From contig CAVWLW010000002.1 of assembly GCA_963755715.1 (NCBI GenBank), positions 39,345-103,344 on the forward strand: a DNA stretch of 64,000 nt, read 5' to 3'. A program made the position numbers and the translations under genes. Source of the stretch: an uncultured delta proteobacterium (GTDB taxonomy: Bacteria; Desulfobacterota; Binatia; UBA9968). Positions 53,180-63,204 of the stretch are shown here, piece after piece (position 1 is the first letter of the stretch; every line of letters begins with the position of its first letter). The notes under the pieces were generated by a model that did no database searches, was not told where the DNA came from, and saw only the letters and a list, made by a program, of their open reading frames with translations.

Positions 53180-54340
53180 ATGGAACTGTTGAGACTACTG
53201 TTGCGCAATACCTTGCGCCACAAACTTAGAAGCCTGCTCACGGTCGTCGGCGTCGGCGTGGCGGTGATGGCTTTCGCTCTGCTGCAAACAGTCGTCACGG
53301 CTTGGTATGCGGGGGTCGAGGCCTCGGCGGCGAACCGCTTGATCACGCGCCACGCGGTCTCGTTTGTTTTTCCGCTGCCGCTCGCTTATCGCGATCGCAT
53401 TGCCCAAGTGCCGGGCGTGAATAAAGTCACTTATGCCATCTGGTTTTCCGGCGTGTATGTCGACAAGAACCAGTTTTTCGCGCGCTTGGCGGTCGATTCC
53501 GATACGTTTTTCGACGTCTATCCGGAATTTGTCATTCCGCCCGAGCAGTTCGAAGCGTTCAAGCGCGAGCGCAACGCCTGCGTCATCGGCATCGACATCG
53601 CCAACCGGTACAATCTCAAGATCGGCGACATCATGCCCGTGGAAGGCGACGTTTATCCGGGCCAATGGGAGTTCGTCGTGCGCGGCATTTATCAGCCGCG
53701 CGACCAGACGACCGATCCTTCGTCGATGATGTTTCACTACAACTATGTCGATGAAAGGGTGCGCCAGGAGGCGCCGCACCGGGCTGGGCAGATCGGCTGG
53801 TATATTGTCCGCATCGACGATCCGGACAGCTCGGCCAGGATCTCGCAAGATATCGATAATCTATTCGCCAACTCGCGGGCGGAGACCAAGACCGAAACCG
53901 AGCGCGCTTTTCAGCAGGGATTTCTGTCCTCCGCCAGCGCGGTCATTACGGCGATGAACATCATGTCGTTCGTGATTATCGGCATCATCTTGCTGGTCGT
54001 CGGCAATACCATGGTCATGTCGGCGCGCGAGCGCAGCCACGAATTCGCCGTGCTCAAGGCGCTCGGCTTTTCCGGCCGGCAGTTGTTCTTATTGCTCACC
54101 GGTGAATCGATGATCCTGTCGATCGCCGGCAGCGCGCTCGGGCTGTTGGTGACGATTCCGGCCGTCGAAGGTTTTCAAAGCGCCTTGCCGAAAGGCTGGT
54201 TTCCGGTATTTTACATCAAGCCGGAAACGATCGTCATCGGCGCCATCGCGGGGCTCGCCGTCGGTTTTATCGCGTCCTTGATTCCGCTGCGGCGGGTCTT
54301 GACGACGCGCATCGTCGAAGGGCTCCGCTATGTGGGATGA
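53180..54340 (+). CDS. MacB/FtsX-type ABC permease
   Basis: RN..R.K.RS.LT, periplasmic domain, ER..EFAVLKALGF. Confidence 0.9.
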   Translation: MELLRLLLRNTLRHKLRSLLTVVGVGVAVMAFALLQTVVTAWYAGVEASAANRLITRHAVSFVFPLPLAYRDRIAQVPGVNKVTYAIWFSGVYVDKNQFFARLAVDSDTFFDVYPEFVIPPEQFEAFKRERNACVIGIDIANRYNLKIGDIMPVEGDVYPGQWEFVVRGIYQPRDQTTDPSSMMFHYNYVDERVRQEAPHRAGQIGWYIVRIDDPDSSARISQDIDNLFANSRAETKTETERAFQQGFLSSASAVITAMNIMSFVIIGIILLVVGNTMVMSARERSHEFAVLKALGFSGRQLFLLLTGESMILSIAGSALGLLVTIPAVEGFQSALPKGWFPVFYIKPETIVIGAIAGLAVGFIASLIPLRRVLTTRIVEGLRYVG

Positions 54341-54350
54341 GGAAAGGGAT

Positions 54351-54495
54351 TTCACCGCAGAGGCGCTGAGCCGATTCTACGGGACAATTCGAACTAACCA
54401 CGAAGGTCACGAAGCGCACGAAGTTCGGAAATATTAATATCCTAACCCTTCGTGGTCTTCGTGTGCTTCGTGGTGAGATTGGCTCTTGCGGTGAA
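54351..54495. repeat. Nested REP-like inverted repeat pairs
   Basis: Outer TTCACCGCAGAG...CTCTTGCGGTGAA; inner ACCACGAAGGTCACGAAGCGCACGAAG...CTTCGTGGTCTTCGTGTGCTTCGTGGT. Confidence 0.75.
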
Positions 54496-54516
54496 TCATA
54501 GTCCAAGTTTCGGTTC

Positions 54517-55690
54517 GTGATGCAAATCCCGCTGAAATATATCGTGCGCAGCTCGATCTCGCGCCGTTTGACGACGGTGATCACCATGCTGGGTGTCGCT
54601 CTGGTCGTGTTCGTCTTTTCCGCCGTGCTGATGATGGCCAACGGCGTGCAAAAGACGCTGCGCTCGACCGGCTCCGACGACAACATGATCGTGGTGCGCA
54701 AAGCGGCGATGAGCGAGATCATGAGCATCCTCGACCGCGAGGCCGCGGGGATCATCGTGAACCTGCCGCAGGTGGCGCGTGACGCCGATGGCCGGCCGCT
54801 GAGCTCCAAGGAAGTCGTCGTGATCATCAATCTCAACAAGCTCGGCACCGCCGGGATCAGCAACGTCACCGTGCGCGGCGTCGAAGAAGCGGCGTTTCAG
54901 TTGCGGCCGCAGGTGCGGATCGTTCAGGGCCGCATGTTTCGTTGGGGCGCGCGCGAAGTGATCGCCGGCGCCGGGATCACGAATCGATTCGTCGGCGCGC
55001 AGATCGGCGAGCAGGTGAAGTTCGGCGGCGACCTTTGGACGGTGGTGGGGATCTTCGATGCGGAGGGCAGCGGCTTCGACTCCGAGCTCTGGGGCGATTT
55101 GAATCAGATCGCCGATGCTTTCAAACGGCACGTCTCTATCGACGGTCACACTGCGGCTAAAAAACCCGGATGAGTTCGCAGAAGTCATCTCCGCCTTCGA
55201 GGCCGACAACCGGCTGCAATATTTCGCGCCCAAGCGCGAGAAAAAATTCTTCGAGGAACAGTCCGAAATGATGGCGACGTTCATCCGCATCCTGGGGATC
55301 TTCATCACGGTTATTTTCAGCACGGGCGCGATGATCGGCGCGATGATCACCATGTACGGCGCCGTGGCCAATCGGACGGTCGAAATCGGCACCTTGCGCG
55401 CCCTCGGTTTTTACCGCCGGAGCATTCTGCTGGCGTTTTTACTCGAGTCTTTGTTCCTATCGCTCGGCGGCGGTTTGGTCGGCCTTGGGATCGCGTCGCT
55501 GCTGCAATTTTTCACGATCTCGACGCTCAACTTGGGCTCGTTTTCGGAGCTGGCGTTTTCTTTCGCTCTGTCGCCGTCGATCGTCGCGATCTCGCTGGGA
55601 TTCTCACTGTTGATGGGCTTTATCGGCGGATTCCTACCAGCCGTCGGCGCGGCGCGGCTGAATATCATTCAGGCGCTGCGCGCGGTGTGA
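54517..55690 (+). CDS. MacB/FtsX-type ABC permease; frameshift near 55130
   Basis: N-terminal TM, NVTVRG, R..EIGTLRALGF, PA..AARLNI.QALR. Confidence 0.85.
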
Positions 55691-55836
55691 GAAACGGGAT
55701 TCCGTTTACCAGAAGGACGCGATGAATCGCGCCCCTCCATGTACCTTCGGTCTATGGCGGCTTTTGAACGGACCCCGGACTTGATCCGGGGGATTGAACG
55801 GCTTGAACGATTGGAACGGGCTTCGGTATTAGAAGG

Positions 55837-55975
55837 GCCGAGTTGAAGAAGAAATACGACGCGCAGTTCAAGGTCGTCTTGGACGCCATCCGCCAGCTCA
55901 TGGCGCCACCGGACGAAGAAACGGAAGATCGGATTTCTGGTAGAAGAGAAGGTCGCTTCGCACGGACGAAAGTAA
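55837..55975 (+). pseudogene. C-terminal remnant of an ORF6N-domain DNA-binding protein
   Basis: Read manually: AELKKKYDAQFKVVLDAIRQLMAPP..RKIGFLVEEK...*; no N-terminus. Confidence 0.7.
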
Positions 55976-56083
55976 AACGCTTCATTTTGACGTTTTGAGA
56001 ATCGTCAAAACGTGCAAGTTCCCGCCCAGTGTTTCAATTCCCAAACGGTTTGAACGGAGCGGATAAGTTCTCTGAATTCGGTA

Positions 56084-56136
56084 TTGCATCGAGTGCGGCA
56101 CGTGTTATGATGCATCGTGCTGCAAGGTTGCAGCAC
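56084..56136 (+). promoter_or_regulatory. Putative promoter and operator of the vapBC-like operon
   Basis: TTGCAT-16-TATGAT followed by the perfect palindrome GTGCTGCAA-GG-TTGCAGCAC (56117-56136). Confidence 0.55.
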
Positions 56137-56147
56137 AAGAGGAGTTT

Positions 56148-56408
56148 ATGAAAGCGGTCACGTTGAGAAGTCTCCCGCCCAATGTCGCCGAAGCTATTCG
56201 CAAAGAGGCGCATCGGAAGGGCATGAGCCTTAACAAGGCCGTCATCAGTTTGCTTGAAAACCGAGTGGGGGCGCGGGAGAAGAAAAGCCGGCAAACCCGA
56301 CACCATGATCTCGATGATCTAGCCGGATCATGGTCCAAACAAGAAGCGGCCGAGTTTGACAAGTCCCTGGCGGATCAGCGGACCATCGATCCCGATCTCT
56401 GGAAATAA
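56148..56408 (+). CDS. FitA/VapB-like ribbon-helix-helix antitoxin
   Basis: MKAVTLRSLP...A...G.SLNK...L; GAGGAG RBS; overlaps the PIN toxin start. Confidence 0.8.
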   Translation: MKAVTLRSLPPNVAEAIRKEAHRKGMSLNKAVISLLENRVGAREKKSRQTRHHDLDDLAGSWSKQEAAEFDKSLADQRTIDPDLWK

Positions 56409-56803
56409 TGCGGCTGTTGGTCGACACCTCGGCTTATTCCGCGTTCATGCGCGGACATGGCGAAATCAAAGCGGCCCTACAGGAAGCTGATGAGATTTTC
56501 GTAAACTCGATTGTCCTTGGCGAGCTGAGGGCCGGATTCATAAAAGGCCGGCGGCGGCGCAAGAACGACGATGAGCTGAATACATTTCTCGCTTCACCCC
56601 GAGTGAAGCTTCTCGATGTAACCGAAGAAACCGCCGAAAGATACGCGGTCATTCTAAACTCCCTCTGGCAAGCAGGAACGCCGATTCCCACAAACGATAT
56701 CTGGATTGCGGCCAGTTCCATGGAGCATGGGCTCGAGCTGTTGACCACTGATGAACACTACCAAAAAGTGCCTCAAGTCATAGTCAGTTATTTCCGAGTC
56801 TAG
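56408..56803 (+). CDS. vapC: PIN-domain toxin
   Basis: LLVDTSAY, VLGEL, PIPTNDIWIAA, LLTTD.HY. Confidence 0.9.
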   Translation: MRLLVDTSAYSAFMRGHGEIKAALQEADEIFVNSIVLGELRAGFIKGRRRRKNDDELNTFLASPRVKLLDVTEETAERYAVILNSLWQAGTPIPTNDIWIAASSMEHGLELLTTDEHYQKVPQVIVSYFRV

Positions 56804-56834
56804 GCCACCATCCACGATTTTATCCCGCAGCCCT

Positions 56835-56917
56835 TAGCTCAGGGCGCCTTCGAAGCCGAAGAAACTGAAAATCGGCTTTCCGGTGGAAGAGAAGGCGTTG
56901 CGTACAGACGAAGGTAA
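56835..56917 (+). pseudogene. Second ORF6N-type C-terminal remnant
   Basis: LRAPSKPKKLKIGFPVEEK; nucleotide similarity to 55896-55975. Confidence 0.55.
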
Positions 56918-57181
56918 ACGCTTCACTTCGACTTTTCGAGAATTCCCGAAACGTGGAAGTTCCCACTCTAGGTTTTTGATCTCAAACGGATTGAACGAAA
57001 ACGCAGTGGGAACACGAACACGTTCCACGTCTTTTCCTATCCTTTATCCTTTATCCATTTGCCTTTAGTATTGCGCCGCCCCAGCGAAATCATTTAAGTT
57101 CGAAGCACTCAGCTGGGGGAATCCCAAAGGGTTATCGCCATCCGGGTCACGATTGAAAAAGGGCCGTAAGCGGGAAACAAA

Positions 57182-58189
57182 ATGAGCGCCATGAGACGGT
57201 ACTCTCCTCTGACTGTGATCTTCCTGCTGGTTGGCTGGAATACATTCGCTGAAGCACAGCTCACCAAATTGACGGTCGGTTACAGTGCGATCAGCGAAGT
57301 CGACATGCCGGCGTGGGTGGCCAAAGAGACCAAGCTCTTCGAAAAAAATGGCCTGGATGTTCAATTGATCTATTTTACCGGAGGGACGACAGCCGTTCTG
57401 GCCCTCGTCTCCGGCGAAGTGCCGATCAGTCAGGTGGCAGGTCCTGCTGTCGTGAACGCCGCGCTGGCGGGTTCCGATGTCGTGATGATTGCCGGAGGCG
57501 CGACCTCCGCGGACTATTGGCTCATGAGCGGCCGAGAGATCAAAAAAGCCGACCAGCTCAAGGGCGGCTCCGTCGCGATTAGTAATTTTGGCGCAGGTTC
57601 GGATTTCATTGCGCGCTACGCGCTCGAGAAAATCGGTTTGATTCCCGGAAAGGATGTCTCGATCGTACAAGCGGGAGGCATCTCGGATCGGCTGTCGGCC
57701 GTTCTCGTGGGAAGAGTCCAGGCCACTGTGCTCAATCCTCCGGCCAGCTTCATCGGACAAAAGAAAGGGTTGAACGTTCTCGCCGATGTCGCCAAGCTGG
57801 GTCTCGCTTTTCAGAATACCGGCGTCGCCACCAGCCGAAGATTTAGGCGCGAGCAGCCCGATATGGTCAGGAGATATATTAGAGCGCAGGTGGAAGCCGT
57901 GCACCGGATCTACACGGACAAAGAAACCGCCCTCCAGGTCCTGACGAAATACTTCCGCGGCAATGTAGAACGGGACATCCTGGAAAAGACCTGGGAACTC
58001 CTGACGGAAGGCACTTTGCTTCCCAAGAAACAATATCCGACGCTTGAGGGTATCAAATTCATTTTAGCTCCCTTGGCAGAAAAGGACGCCAAGGCGAGGG
58101 CCGCCAAGCCTGAAGACTTTGCCGATTCGAGCTTGATAAAAGAGCTCGACGAAAGTGGCTATATCGATAACCTCTACAAGAAAAGGTGA
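57182..58189 (+). CDS. NitT/TauT ABC substrate-binding protein
   Basis: PAWVAKETKLFEKNGL, QLKGGSVA, ELDESGYI. Confidence 0.85.
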   Translation: MSAMRRYSPLTVIFLLVGWNTFAEAQLTKLTVGYSAISEVDMPAWVAKETKLFEKNGLDVQLIYFTGGTTAVLALVSGEVPISQVAGPAVVNAALAGSDVVMIAGGATSADYWLMSGREIKKADQLKGGSVAISNFGAGSDFIARYALEKIGLIPGKDVSIVQAGGISDRLSAVLVGRVQATVLNPPASFIGQKKGLNVLADVAKLGLAFQNTGVATSRRFRREQPDMVRRYIRAQVEAVHRIYTDKETALQVLTKYFRGNVERDILEKTWELLTEGTLLPKKQYPTLEGIKFILAPLAEKDAKARAAKPEDFADSSLIKELDESGYIDNLYKKR

Positions 58190-58273
58190 TCGATCCAACA
58201 CGAACACGAATCACGAGCACGACGCAGGTTGAAAAGATAAAGGCTGAAGGATAAAGGATGAAATCCATCCACC

Positions 58274-58378
58274 ATGTCCACCATCGATCTCAAAATCAGG
58301 ACGAAAGACTATGCTCTTTCGGTGATCCGGCTTTTTGATGTCCCGCTCCGCTCGCGTAAGTGCTTCGCCATAATTTAA
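58274..58378 (+). pseudogene. N-terminal remnant of a four-helix-bundle (TIGR02436-like) protein
   Basis: MSTIDLKIRTKDYALSVIRLF then stop; preceded by AAGGAT(A) heptamer repeats at 58233-58260. Confidence 0.6.
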
Positions 58379-58397
58379 CGCCAGTCGTTCCTTTTTA

Positions 58398-58836
58398 GTG
58401 CCGGACGGCAGAGGCAACGTCGACCACTTGGTGATGGGCCCCAATGGCCTGTTTGCGATCGAGACCAAAAACTATTCGACCTTCGTCAAATGCTCCGGCG
58501 ACGACTGGTTCGTCAACGGCAAGAAGATTCGTAGCCTGAGCAAACAGGCTAAGCGCAATGCCATCGCCGTGAGAGAGACTGGCGGCCGTTTTTGCGGACC
58601 AAGGAAACCGCCTCCCATTCGTCACTGCCTTGCTTGTTTTCGTCAATGGGAACGGCCGGTTCTCGATTAAAAACCCCACGGTTCCTGTCCTGCGCTCATC
58701 AGAGCTCGCTGAATTTATCGCTCGGTACAACAGCGCGAGACCGCCATCGATTACGTCGCCGAAGTTAAGGCGTGCGATCGTCCACCATCTCCACCTTCTT
58801 CAGCAAAAGCCCGACAAATGGGTCGCGAACGGTTAG
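58398..58836 (+). pseudogene. NERD nuclease-related domain, 5'-truncated and frameshifted
   Basis: NVDHLVMGPNGLFAIETKNY...KQAKRNA; continues in ORF 58630-58836. Confidence 0.7.
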
Positions 58837-58947
58837 TCTTTTTCAAACCATGCCGTCAATACGTCCCGCCTCATTTCGACGTTTCGGGAATCTCGATACG
58901 TCGAAGCCAGCTTGACAGCGATAATGGTTTCGCCGTACACCGCGGCG

Positions 58948-59247
58948 ATGGATGAAACCCAATATCGTGAATCGCGGATCTGTCGGCTCCTCGGTAATCC
59001 GGTGATCTACCAGCTCGTCGTTCTTCTCGATGACGGCGGGCCGATGACTCCTAGTCATCTTGCCAAGCTTGCCGGTCGCTCGGTGCAGACGGTCAGCGGT
59101 CATCTCGCCAAGCTACGCACGGCTGACATCGTCCGGTATGATACGGCCGGGAAAGAAGTTCGCTATTGGCTCAAGCACCGCGGCGAAACGCGCGCGCTAT
59201 TGAAAGCTCTTGAGAAAATCATCCATGCGTCGAGCCAGCTTGCTTAG
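58948..59247 (+). CDS. ArsR-like winged HTH protein
   Basis: ICRLLGNPVIYQLVVLL...PSHLAKLAGRSVQTVSGHLAKLR...IV.Y...G.EVRYWL. Confidence 0.8.
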   Translation: MDETQYRESRICRLLGNPVIYQLVVLLDDGGPMTPSHLAKLAGRSVQTVSGHLAKLRTADIVRYDTAGKEVRYWLKHRGETRALLKALEKIIHASSQLA

Positions 59248-59399
59248 ATCCTCATTTCGACGTTTCGAGAATTCTCGAAACGTGGAAGTTCCCCATAGGT
59301 TGGACCGGAATCTCGAGGACGCCTTTTCTCCTTTCGCACTGCCACGAACACGGCACTTCTCCCCACGCCGGATGAACTCGAATCCAGTGCCATTGTCCG

Positions 59400-59583
59400 C
59401 GCCATTACTTCAGAAACCAGTCATATCTACGCTGACATCCGTCATGATCTCCGCGTGGCCGGCCAGCCCATTTCCGGAGAACGATCTTTGGATCCCGCTT
59501 TGGCAAGGCAGCACGGACTGCCGGTTCTCACCAACGACGCGCACTTCGATCAAGTGTCCGGACTTGAACGGATCGGTTGGTGA
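59400..59583 (+). pseudogene. PIN/VapC toxin C-terminal remnant
   Basis: Across two shifts: YADIRHDLRVAGQPI|ENDLWI|ALARQHGLPVLTNDAHFDQVSGLERIGW*. Confidence 0.7.
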
Positions 59584-59838
59584 CGGCCTAAACAAATCGC
59601 TTTGATTTCGACATTTGCGCAATTCCGCACATGAAAGTCCCCTCCGACGCTGTGATTGAACCTTGAACTTTTGAACCGCCGAAGGCTTTGAGCGGGCCGC
59701 AGTATTAAATAGCGACGATCATAAAACACGATCACGGTAGTTCTCCGTTCACGTCCACGGTTTTATCCTTATCCGGCTGCTTCCCCCTTCATCCCTTATC
59801 CTTTTGCCCTTATCCTTATCTAAGACTGAGGTGAACCG

Positions 59839-61126
59839 ATGAAAACAACCACGGCAACTTCGCTGGGAAACGTTTCGCTTGCCGTCTCCGTCGGGGGATT
59901 GATCGCCACGGGATTGGCATTGCGTCAGGGATGGATCGCGGCTCCCGGTTGGATGATTCTGCTGCAAACCTTCGAGGCGGCGACCGTCGGCGGACTGGCG
60001 GACTGGTTCGCGGTGAGCGCGTTGTTTCGCGAAGTGCCCGTGCCGCTGATACGGCGCCATACGAATATCATCATCAAAAATCGCCAGCGCATCGCCGCCG
60101 GCATCGCGGACATGGTGCAGAACCGCTGGCTTGCCCCTCACATCATCCGCGAGCACCTGGTGCATTTCTCGGCGTCCCACTATGTGCTGGATTTCTTCGC
60201 CAACGAGAAACATTTGGAAACTGTACTCGCGGTGGCCCGGGACCTCATCCGGCAATTGGCGCGCGGCATTACCGCCGACGAAGCCGCGGCGTTTCTCGAG
60301 CGCACGCTCAAAGACCGGCTGCAAAATATGCAGATCGCCGCGCCGCTCGGGCGCTGGTTGGGGCGGCGGCTGCGCAGCGGCGACCATCACGGTTTGTGGG
60401 ATACGCTGCTCGCGTTCGGGGAAACGGCGGTTCAGGGGCCTGAGGCTAAGGCGATCGTCCAACGGACGATCGCGCGGGCGATCGAAATTTACGAAGAAGG
60501 CGGGCCGCTGAAGCGGCTGACCGTCGGTCTGGCGCGGGGACTCAAGCTCGTCGATGAGGAAAAGATGGTCGCAACGATCCTCGCCAAGATCAGCCGAGGC
60601 GCTGCACGCCGCCCGCGCCGATCCCGGCCATCCGCTGCGAGCGCGCATGGATGCCATCGCGCTTGAATTCGCGGATAAACTGGCAGCCGGCGACGCCGAT
60701 GCGGCGGCCACGCTCGACCGGCTGCAAGCCGGGCTCATCGACGGCGCGGACCTAGAGGAGATGCTCCAGCGCGCGCTGCGCTGGCTCGGGGATTTCCTCG
60801 AGAAAGAATTTCACGAGCCGGGCTCCGCTTTCGACGCTCTCATGCGCCGCACGGTGCGCGATCGGCTCGAGCATTTTCGCGCCGACGGCGCCGCGCAGGC
60901 GAAAGTCGATCGCTGGGTGACGAACGCCGCCCTCGAACTGCTCGAGAAAAGGCATGAGATGATCGGTCAAATGGTCCGCGGTAGCCTCGATAGGCTGTCC
61001 GATCTCGACCTCGTCGGGCAGATAGAAGAGAAGGTCGGTCCGGACCTTCAGTACATTCGTCTCAACGGCGCCATCGTCGGCGGCCTCGCTGGAGCCGCGC
61101 TGGCGGCCATTAAATTGTTAACGTGA
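59839..61126 (+). CDS. DUF445 family membrane protein; frameshift near 60595
   Basis: EAATVGGLADWFAVSALFR, HTNII, IEEKVGPDLQYIRLNGAIVGG. Confidence 0.85.
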
Positions 61127-61433
61127 CGGGCTTCTAAAGCCACGAACAGGGTCCGCTTGGCTTTGTGCTCGTGGCCGCGCCATTAGCCAGCGCTCATTTC
61201 GACGTTTCGAGAATTCTCGAAACGTGGAAGTTCCCTCCGAATCTAACGTTGAACCCTTCGACGGTGAGGGCAGACTCAACGCCCAGGAACATGAGCACGG
61301 CACCATCCCGCGCGCTCACGCATCATGAACAAGCGCGCTCCACTCCTTATCCTTTTCCTGGATTGACGTTCCTTGTCAAAGACAAGGCGGCGGCATATAG
61401 AGAACGATAGTCTTTCAGTTTAACGGGACATCG

Positions 61434-61694
61434 ATGCCGACGATCAGTTTCTTTTACGGTATTGTCATCCAAATGTTCTGGCGTGACCATGGCCCGCCTC
61501 ATTTCCATGCTTTATATGGCGATGATGAAGTACTTATTGACCTCAGAAACCTACGCGTGATGCGTGGTTCTTTACCGCGGCGGGCGATGGCGTTAGTATT
61601 GGAATGGGCCGACGAGAACCGCGTTGAGCTCATGGAGGATTGGAATTTATGCAGCCAACTGCAACCCCCCAAACCCATAAAACCCCTGATGTAG
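61434..61694 (+). CDS. DUF4160 family protein (putative toxin)
   Basis: MPTISFFYGIVI.M...DH.PPHFHA.Y, V.EWA, I.PL. Confidence 0.9.
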   Translation: MPTISFFYGIVIQMFWRDHGPPHFHALYGDDEVLIDLRNLRVMRGSLPRRAMALVLEWADENRVELMEDWNLCSQLQPPKPIKPLM

Positions 61695-61984
61695 AGACGA
61701 CAATCCGGCACACCGTTGCTTGGCGAGTAACGGCCGTCGCCGTGATTGCCGACGCTCGCTTGAGCGTTACGTTTGTGGATGGAACGACGGGTGATGTTGA
61801 CCTCGGTGCGTTTCTAAGCGACGCAAAAATCAACGGCACCGTTTTCGAAGGGCTGCGCGATCCAGCGACTTTTAGCCAAGCCCAGGTTGTTCTCGGCGCG
61901 GTCCAGTGGCCCAATGGCGCCGATCTCGCCCCCGACACGATGTATGATGCTATCCGCGAGCGCGGTGTTTGGGTTGTGGAGTGA
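61649..61984 (+). CDS. DUF2442 family protein (putative antitoxin)
   Basis: L.VTF.DG..G.VD, F..L.D...F, V.WPNGADLAPD..Y; GGAGG upstream; start uncertain. Confidence 0.85.
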   Translation: MQPTATPQTHKTPDVETTIRHTVAWRVTAVAVIADARLSVTFVDGTTGDVDLGAFLSDAKINGTVFEGLRDPATFSQAQVVLGAVQWPNGADLAPDTMYDAIRERGVWVVE

Positions 61985-62192
61985 GCGGTCCGTCGAGTCT
62001 ACTATCCATCACTTCTGGCTAGAGATTTTAACTCTGAACCATTAAACCGTCCGGTTGCTTACTATTGCTGTTGGCTCGTGCCTCACACCTGTTCGTAAAC
62101 GTTTTGAACGGACCCCGGACTCTCGATCCCGGGGATCGAACGACTGGAACTTGGAACGGGCTTTAATATTATTTAGAAGCAGGAGAAATTCT

Positions 62193-62405
62193 ATGGCCGA
62201 AAAAGTAAAAGTTTGGTTCGATCCCGAAGGGGACTTTTTAGAAGTGCGGTTCAGCGATGCGCCCGGGTTCATGCGCGAAACCGCCCATGACGCACTGATG
62301 GAGCGAGTCGATGAGCATGGACAGTTGGTCGGGTTCAGCATTCTCGGCGTCAGCCGCTTTCGCAAGGAGCGGCCTTTTGAAGCCGAGCTAACGGCTGGTA
62401 AGTAA
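62193..62405 (+). CDS. DUF2283 family protein (orphan)
   Basis: AGGAG RBS; KVWFDPEGDFLEV.F...RVDEHGQLVGFSIL. Confidence 0.8.
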   Translation: MAEKVKVWFDPEGDFLEVRFSDAPGFMRETAHDALMERVDEHGQLVGFSILGVSRFRKERPFEAELTAGK

Positions 62406-62575
62406 ACTACACCCAGCCAACGGCCGGTAGCGGTGAAACTGGAGCTGCGTTGCACGATCACGAATCACGAAGTGCCACGATCACGTCTTTTCCGTTTTCA
62501 TCCCTTATCCCTTTGCCTTGATCCTCCCGCGGTCCTTCAGGCAAGCCGAACCATCCTAGCCGTTGGGACCCATTC

Positions 62576-62878
62576 CTACGCCGCCTTCGACGACTCTTCC
62601 AACTCGACTCTCAATCGCGCGCCGAGCGCCGCCGCCACCTTTTCGAGCGTTGTTAAGGAGTAGTTTCGGTAGTTGGGGTTTTCCAGCCGTGAAATTCCAG
62701 CTTGCGTTGTTCCAACCTTGTCGGCCAGCTGCGCCTGGGTTAACCCGCATTTTTCCCTCAGTTCAGTGATCCGATGCGCCAAACGCAAGCGGCCGAGTTC
62801 GTCATCGTAGGCTCTACGGAACTTCGCACTCTGAGCGCCGATTCGAAATCGATAAGGTGCAGTCCGTTTTTTTTTCAT
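62576..62878 (-). CDS. XRE-family HTH antitoxin (HigA-like)
   Basis: LREKCGLTQAQLADKVGTTQAGISRLE...TLEKVAAALG. Confidence 0.9.
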   Translation of the reverse strand: MKKKRTAPYRFRIGAQSAKFRRAYDDELGRLRLAHRITELREKCGLTQAQLADKVGTTQAGISRLENPNYRNYSLTTLEKVAAALGARLRVELEESSKAA

Positions 62879-62879
62879 G

Positions 62880-63199
62880 TCAAACTTCCTCCATCCGTTT
62901 TTGGGCTATCTCCATTTCCCGGCGCGGTGTCTTCTGGCTTTTCTTGATGAAGCCATGAAGCAATACAATCACGCCGCCGGGCTTAAAACAGTAAAAAATC
63001 CGGCTGGCTTTCACTCGCAGTTCAAAGAGCCCGCCTCCCAGGCTTTTCGACAAGGGTTCGCAGGCACGATTGCCAATTTCCGCTAAGAAATCGATGCGGG
63101 CTCGAACACAGCACGATCGTGGACGGGGAGTGCCTCGATGAATTCTTCCACCGGATTGTTTTCCTTGCCATCGAGGTAGCATTCAATTCTCCAGGGCAC
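62880..63199 (-). CDS. RelE/HigB (Gp49/DUF891-like) toxin; frameshift near 63110
   Basis: GTG-PWRIECYLDGKENNPVEEFI | LFELRV...RIFY...IVLLHGFIKKSQKTP.RE...A..R. Confidence 0.85.
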
Positions 63200-63204
63200 G
63201 GCTA

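Noticed and set aside
958-60738. Long antisense or alternate-frame ORFs in the track (e.g. 8413-9519, 12838-13998, 42106-43560, 57065-58033)
   Set aside because: Shadows of real genes caused by GC-rich codon bias; no motifs.
3907-63199. About 20 frameshifted genes as programmed frameshifts or mass pseudogenisation
   Set aside because: Single-base indels, often in homopolymers, are spread evenly and hit otherwise intact conserved genes such as prpD. Long-read error is the simpler explanation; polishing would settle it.
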